Below are positions 59,194-64,000 of a stretch of 64,000 nucleotides of DNA, piece by piece. The notes under the pieces were generated by a model, which was given only the letters and a program-made list of their open reading frames with translations, had not been told where the DNA came from and did not search any database. Each line of letters begins with the position of its first letter. Within the stretch, counting starts at the first letter, position 1. Source of the stretch: Acidiferrobacteraceae bacterium (lineage in GTDB: Bacteria; Pseudomonadota; Gammaproteobacteria; Acidiferrobacterales; SZUA-150); the NCBI GenBank assembly GCA_003228915.1, contig QIGL01000092.1, forward strand, positions 30,377-94,376, in the 5' to 3' direction. The position numbers were made by a program, and so were the translations under genes.

Positions 59194-59661
59194 TTGCAAG
59201 AAGGAACAAGCTTGGCTAAAGATAATCAATTTATAAGTATCCGGATCAGGAATACTTCGTTTCTGTTGCCGGCTAGTGCCAGTTTGGGCATAGAGCAGCG
59301 GGAAACACTGGAGCTTAATTCTGGCAAAGGCGGCAATGCAGTTGCCTGGAAAATAGTAGGTGCCAACAAGTGGCCTGCCTATGCACTGGATGAGAATATG
59401 AAACTAACCAGCGGCAATGCCTGGGAGCACGTTGTTTATGTGCAGGATGGAGAGCACGTTGTCGGCCTGGCTGCCGAAAGTATCCAGATATTGAATCGTG
59501 AAGATATTCAGGTACAGCCTTTTTTGCCAGTAGGTCCCGTCCCTAAAAGTGGCAAACACGTGTTTTCATCGTCATGGATTGACGGTAATACGCCTGTACT
59601 AACATTTGAGCCCGGTGCCCTGGCTTCGTACTTAACTGTTATTGGGGGTGGTCGTGAGTAG
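59194..59661 (+). CDS. CheW-like domain protein (divergent)
   Basis: It lies 16 nt after chpA and has a TTG start. It shows a weak CheW-like pattern (FLLPASASLGIEQRE...VVGLAAESIQIL). Confidence 0.45.
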   Translation: MQEGTSLAKDNQFISIRIRNTSFLLPASASLGIEQRETLELNSGKGGNAVAWKIVGANKWPAYALDENMKLTSGNAWEHVVYVQDGEHVVGLAAESIQILNREDIQVQPFLPVGPVPKSGKHVFSSSWIDGNTPVLTFEPGALASYLTVIGGGRE

Positions 59662-60115
59662 TAGCCAAGTGGTTAACCAATCAGTCCATACACTGCTGGT
59701 GCCAACAATAACCGAGTCTTTACTAATACCTAGCGCCGTGGTTGCCGAAGTGGTCATAGTGACAAATTTGGTGCCGCTACCTGCCGGTCCGGACTGGTGT
59801 TCTGGTTTGGCCGCCTGGCGAAACCGGGCCTTGCCCGTAGTTTCAATCGAGGTGTTAACAGGCAAGCCATATGTGCCACCTGGCCCGAGGTCAAAATTTG
59901 TTGTATTTTTTCCCCTGCCCGGATGTCATGAATCCCAGTTTTTCGCCATCCAGTCTTTAACAGAACCCCAGCCTAATAATATTTCTGATACCAGGGGTAT
60001 GGTGGTGGAGACCCCGAACCTGCCGCTTGCTGCTTCGGCTCTGAATCTGGACGGCGTCATTGGAATCATCCCTGACCTGGTCTGGTTAAAAGAAACGCTT
60101 TACCCCGCCAGCTAG
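59642..60115 (+). CDS. chpC: CheW-like protein ChpC
   Basis: LLVPTITESLLIPSAVVAEVV...GLAAWRNRALPVVSIEVL is a CheW-like core. The likely start is the GTG at 59654, overlapping the upstream stop (GTGAGTAG). Confidence 0.55.
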   Translation: MGVVVSSSQVVNQSVHTLLVPTITESLLIPSAVVAEVVIVTNLVPLPAGPDWCSGLAAWRNRALPVVSIEVLTGKPYVPPGPRSKFVVFFPLPGCHESQFFAIQSLTEPQPNNISDTRGMVVETPNLPLAASALNLDGVIGIIPDLVWLKETLYPAS

Positions 60116-60142
60116 TTAATCACTGAACGGATTAATCACTCT

Positions 60143-61495
60143 CTAATCGCTTTGGCATGCGGCATGAATGCCGGTTATTGCAGTGCTAGTCATTTTTTTT
60201 ATTTCGTCTTCATTAATCACGTACGGCGGCATCAGGTAAACGACGCTGTCTAATGGCCTTAATAAAACACCTTGCTTGAGTCCGTATTGATACACCTTCT
60301 GGCCCAGCCGTTGCTGCCAGGGATAAGGAATTTTCTTTTGTTTATCTTTTATTAGTTCAATTGCCAGGATCATACCGGTTTGCCTGACTTCGGCAACATG
60401 GGGGTGATCTTGAAGTTGAGCCACTTGGTCGTAGATATTTTTGGCCAGTTTTTTATTTTTTTCAATAATATTATCTTCGGCAAATATATCCAGTGTCGCC
60501 AACGCTGCCGCACAGGCCAGGGCATTACCGGTATAACTGTGGGAGTGCAGGAATGCTTTTAGTGTTTCGTAATCATCATAAAAGGCCTGGTAGATTTTTT
60601 CTGTGGTCAGGCAAACAGACAGCGGCAAAAAACCACCGGTAATGCCTTTGCCAAGACATAACATGTCAGGCGTAATACCGGCTTGCTCGCAGGCGAACAG
60701 GGTGCCGGTGCGGCCAAAACCCACTGCTACCTCATCTGCAATCAAATGGACATTGTACTGGTCGCAGGCGGCACGTAATAATTTTAGATACACCGCATCA
60801 TACATACGCATATTACCAGCACATTGAACAAGCGGCTCAATAATTACCGCGCAAACTTCATCAGCATGCTCTTCGAGGGCCTCGGTCATGGACTCAAACA
60901 TGCGCTCAGAATAATCCCGACACGATTCTTCCGCTGCACGGTTAAAACAATCTGGTGAAGGCACCTCTATTACGTCCAGTAGTAGCGAGTCATAAATAGA
61001 TTTGTAAAGCTTGACTTGACCCACAGACAAGGCGCCCAGGGTTTCACCATGATAACTATTACTCAGGCTGATAAATTTCTTTTTTTTCGGGTTGCCGGTA
61101 TTACGCCAATACTGGTAACTCATTTTTAAAGCAATCTCGACGGCTGCCGATCCGTTGTCGGCATAATTACATCTTGATAGTCCTGTTGGTGCCAGTGCCA
61201 CCAGTCGTTCAGATAACTCAATAATGGGTTCATGGGTAAAACCAGCGAGTAAGACATGCTCCAGGGTTTGTGCCTGGTTGCTGATGGCCCTGGCTATGCG
61301 CGGGTTGGCGTGTCCGAACAGGTTAACCCACCATGAGCTGATGGCATCGATGTAGCGATTACCATCGAAATCCTCCAACCAGACGCCCTGGCCGCTCTTA
61401 ATAGGTATAGGCGGCCATGACTCGTGATCTTTCATTTGGGTGCAGGGATGCCAGAGGACATCAAGGTCACGGCGGCTCAATTGGTCATTATTCAT
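60143..61495 (-). CDS. bioA: Adenosylmethionine-8-amino-7-oxononanoate aminotransferase
   Basis: Starts MNNDQLSRRDLDVLWHPCTQ. It has class III aminotransferase motifs (DEVAVGFGRTG) and the PLP-Lys region (LCLGKGITGG). Confidence 0.9.
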   Translation of the reverse strand: MNNDQLSRRDLDVLWHPCTQMKDHESWPPIPIKSGQGVWLEDFDGNRYIDAISSWWVNLFGHANPRIARAISNQAQTLEHVLLAGFTHEPIIELSERLVALAPTGLSRCNYADNGSAAVEIALKMSYQYWRNTGNPKKKKFISLSNSYHGETLGALSVGQVKLYKSIYDSLLLDVIEVPSPDCFNRAAEESCRDYSERMFESMTEALEEHADEVCAVIIEPLVQCAGNMRMYDAVYLKLLRAACDQYNVHLIADEVAVGFGRTGTLFACEQAGITPDMLCLGKGITGGFLPLSVCLTTEKIYQAFYDDYETLKAFLHSHSYTGNALACAAALATLDIFAEDNIIEKNKKLAKNIYDQVAQLQDHPHVAEVRQTGMILAIELIKDKQKKIPYPWQQRLGQKVYQYGLKQGVLLRPLDSVVYLMPPYVINEDEIKKMTSTAITGIHAACQSD

Positions 61496-61959
61496 GGTTT
61501 TAAAAATTGTGTAATTCGTCTGTTCTTGTTGTTTATGGATCAAAAAATGGATTATACATGCTCTGGGAACCGGAATTAGCCATGTTTTTTACCATATATT
61601 ATAAATGGATATCGGCTGTTTTTTACTTGATTATAGGGTGATGGCCTAAACTTATAACCCTATTCAGGAGTTTTTCAGCCTGTCTATTGCCCCCACCTAT
61701 GCCCTTCTGGGAGAATACGCGCCTACTTTTTAACCGGCCTTGTTTGGGGTAGTTTTGGTTCAATGCCGGCTTCTTTATTTGTCTGGATATGTCGGGCTTA
61801 GGGCATTAGGATACGCGGCCGCTTTATATGTCGGGTATATGCTGGGGTGGCTTGGGGCGATATTTTCCCGGTATCCGGGCCAAACAGATCATGAATTAAT
61901 TCAGGCCCGGTGGTTGCCGTACCTGAAAGACAGAATTTTAACTTTGTGAGGATAATTCA

Positions 61960-63972
61960 ATGTCAGCAAAACCTGAAGATGCAGTTCCTGGTCGGCGTGT
62001 GCTCGCCAACGCCGTGCGCGCACTCAGCATGGACGCAGTTCAAAAAGCGAACTCAGGCCATCCCGGTGCACCAATGGGCATGGCCGATATCGCCGAAGTC
62101 TTGTGGAATGATTACCTGAAGCATAACCCGGCTAATCCAGACTGGGCGGATCGTGATCGTTTCGTACTGTCAAACGGTCATGGCTCTATGCTGATTTACT
62201 CGTTGTTACACCTGACCGGTTACGATCTTAATATCGACGACCTGAAAAATTTCCGTCAACTTCATTCCAGAACGCCGGGTCATCCAGAATATGGTTACGC
62301 ACCAGGTGTTGAAACCACCACGGGTCCTTTGGGCCAGGGCATTACCAATGCCGTGGGCATGGCTATAGCTGAAAAGACCCTGGCAGCTGAATTTAATGAA
62401 AAAGGTCACGATATTGTCGATCATAATACCTATGTCTTTTTGGGCGATGGTTGCCTGATGGAAGGTATTTCCCATGAAGCCTGTTCACTGGCCGGCACAC
62501 TAGGTTTGGGCAAGCTCATCGCTTTTTGGGACGACAACGGTATTTCTATTGATGGCCACGTGGATGGCTGGTTTACCGACGATACCCCCAAACGTTTTGA
62601 GGCTTACGGCTGGCACGTCATTGCCAATGTCGACGGTCATGATCCTGAAGCTTTGTCAAAAGCAATAGATACGGCAAAGGCCATGGGCGACAAACCCACT
62701 ATGATTTGTTGCAAAACCACCATCGGTTTTGGTTCGCCTAATAAAGCTGGCAGCCATGCATGTCACGGTGCACCATTAGGTGAAGAAGAAATTAACCTGA
62801 CCAAGGCAGCCCTGGGCTGGGACCACGGTGCTTTTGAAGTGCCAGCGAATGTTTATGCGGGTTGGGATGCCAAGGCAAACGGCAGTAAAGAAGAAGCTGC
62901 CTGGAATGAAAAGTTTGCTGCCTATGAATCTGCTTTCCCGAAACAGGCGGCCGAATTTAAGCGCCGCATGGCTGGTGATTTGCCAGCTGACTGGTCAGCC
63001 AAGGCAGATGGTTTTGTGCAGTCTGTTGTGGCAGAAGAAAAAACCACAGCTACCCGTCATGCTTCTTTGGCGGCGATTGAAGGATTTACAAAAATCCTGC
63101 CTGAAATTATGGGCGGTTCTGCCGACCTTGGCTGTTCCAACATGACCGAATTTTCTGGCTACAAACCCATGCGTGCCGACAAGCCAGATGCTAACTATAT
63201 TAACTATGGTGTCCGCGAATTTGGTATGTCTGCCATTATGAATGGTTTGACTCTCCATGGCGGCGTGATTCCGTTTGGTGCCACCTTCCTGATGTTTTCT
63301 GAATATGCACGCAATGCCCTACGCATGGCGGCATTAATGAAAATCAGAAGCATTTTTGTTTACAGCCATGACTCCATTGGTCTTGGTGAAGATGGCCCAA
63401 CTCACCAGGCAGTGGAACAAATCCCGACACTGCGCATGATCCCGAATATGGAAGTCTGGCGTGCCTGTGACACGGTTGAAAGTGCCGTGAGCTGGCGGGC
63501 AGCCATTGAGAGAAAAAATGGCCCTTCTGTGCTGATATTTTCTCGCCAAAACCTGGATTTTCAAACTCGTTCAGCTGAGCAGGTTGCCAATATTAGTAAA
63601 GGTGGATACATACTGAAGGATTGTGACGGCACGCCTGATGCCATTATTATTGCCACAGGTTCAGAAGTAGGCCTGGCAATGGGCGCTGCCGCAAAATTGA
63701 GCGACAAGAAAATTCGGGTTGTCTCAATGCCTTCAACTAATGTGTATGACAAGCAGGACGATTCTTACAAAGAATCAGTATTGCCAGCAGCAGTGACGGC
63801 ACGTGTTGCTGTTGAAGCCGCAGTGACACAAGGCTGGTACAAGTATGTCGGTTTGAATGGTGCGGTAGTAGGTATTGATCGTTTTGGGGAATCTGCGCCA
63901 GCACCTGAGCTGTTCAAGGAATTTGGCTTTACTGTTGATAATGTCGTTAAGACAGTTAAAAGCGTCATGTAA
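61960..63972 (+). CDS. tkt: Transketolase
   Basis: 670 aa with [11 protein letters not shown], the ThDP motif GDGCLMEG and [14 protein letters not shown]. Confidence 0.95.
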   Translation: MSAKPEDAVPGRRVLANAVRALSMDAVQKANSGHPGAPMGMADIAEVLWNDYLKHNPANPDWADRDRFVLSNGHGSMLIYSLLHLTGYDLNIDDLKNFRQLHSRTPGHPEYGYAPGVETTTGPLGQGITNAVGMAIAEKTLAAEFNEKGHDIVDHNTYVFLGDGCLMEGISHEACSLAGTLGLGKLIAFWDDNGISIDGHVDGWFTDDTPKRFEAYGWHVIANVDGHDPEALSKAIDTAKAMGDKPTMICCKTTIGFGSPNKAGSHACHGAPLGEEEINLTKAALGWDHGAFEVPANVYAGWDAKANGSKEEAAWNEKFAAYESAFPKQAAEFKRRMAGDLPADWSAKADGFVQSVVAEEKTTATRHASLAAIEGFTKILPEIMGGSADLGCSNMTEFSGYKPMRADKPDANYINYGVREFGMSAIMNGLTLHGGVIPFGATFLMFSEYARNALRMAALMKIRSIFVYSHDSIGLGEDGPTHQAVEQIPTLRMIPNMEVWRACDTVESAVSWRAAIERKNGPSVLIFSRQNLDFQTRSAEQVANISKGGYILKDCDGTPDAIIIATGSEVGLAMGAAAKLSDKKIRVVSMPSTNVYDKQDDSYKESVLPAAVTARVAVEAAVTQGWYKYVGLNGAVVGIDRFGESAPAPELFKEFGFTVDNVVKTVKSVM

Positions 63973-64000
63973 AAAATAGTATGCCGGTTGGTGCTTGTAT

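Noticed and set aside
61740-61949. 69-aa TTG-initiated ORF upstream of tkt
   Set aside because: It has a weak start context and no motif, and it lies in the bioA-tkt divergent promoter region. The short direct repeat ATATGTCGGG (x2) inside it suggests regulatory DNA rather than coding sequence.

Overview
This window looks like a gammaproteobacterial chromosome segment, and most of it is conserved housekeeping synteny of the Pseudomonas type. That assignment is an inference from gene content and order, not a database result.

Gene content, left to right:
- An outer-membrane barrel gene cut by the window edge, an orphan GspC-like gene, skp, and spoT.
- A complete cbb3 oxidase locus. ccoI-ccoS lie on the minus strand, diverging from an FNR-type promoter that faces yip1-ccoNOQP-(orf)-ccoG-ccoH-tauE-like.
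- A short BTAD regulator, a REP-like palindrome, a decayed YkgJ-type pseudogene, and sat (ATP sulfurylase).
- moaDE, a bactofilin, pyrE, xthA, ampG, metXW, a lone dynamin-like GTPase, and yggT-proC.
- pilT-pilU, then pyrC'-pyrB-pyrR-ruvX-yqgE-tonB-(apbE-like)-gshB-gshA.
- The Pil-Chp chemosensory cluster pilG-pilH-pilI-pilJ-chpA plus two CheW-like genes, then bioA and tkt.

I found no rRNA, tRNA, CRISPR array, transposase or integrase.

The least explained stretch is 29.8-31.6 kb, between the convergent ampG and metW genes. Two diverged copies of a structured element of about 250-300 nt sit there in inverted orientation. They share a perfect 29-bp core followed by a hairpin whose structure is kept while its sequence differs. 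Between them is an AT-rich cassette of three small ORFs of unknown function, one with a homopolymer frameshift in its signal peptide.

Other points worth a second look:
- The multi-lesion pseudogene next to sat.
- A 61-aa ccoS gene missing from the ORF track.
- A well-spaced class II FNR promoter.
- A catalytically dead PyrC'.
- A Chp cluster lacking CheR and CheB.

I see no clearly novel multi-gene system such as a defence island. The ampG-metW island is the best candidate for something undescribed, and its function cannot be read from the sequence alone.
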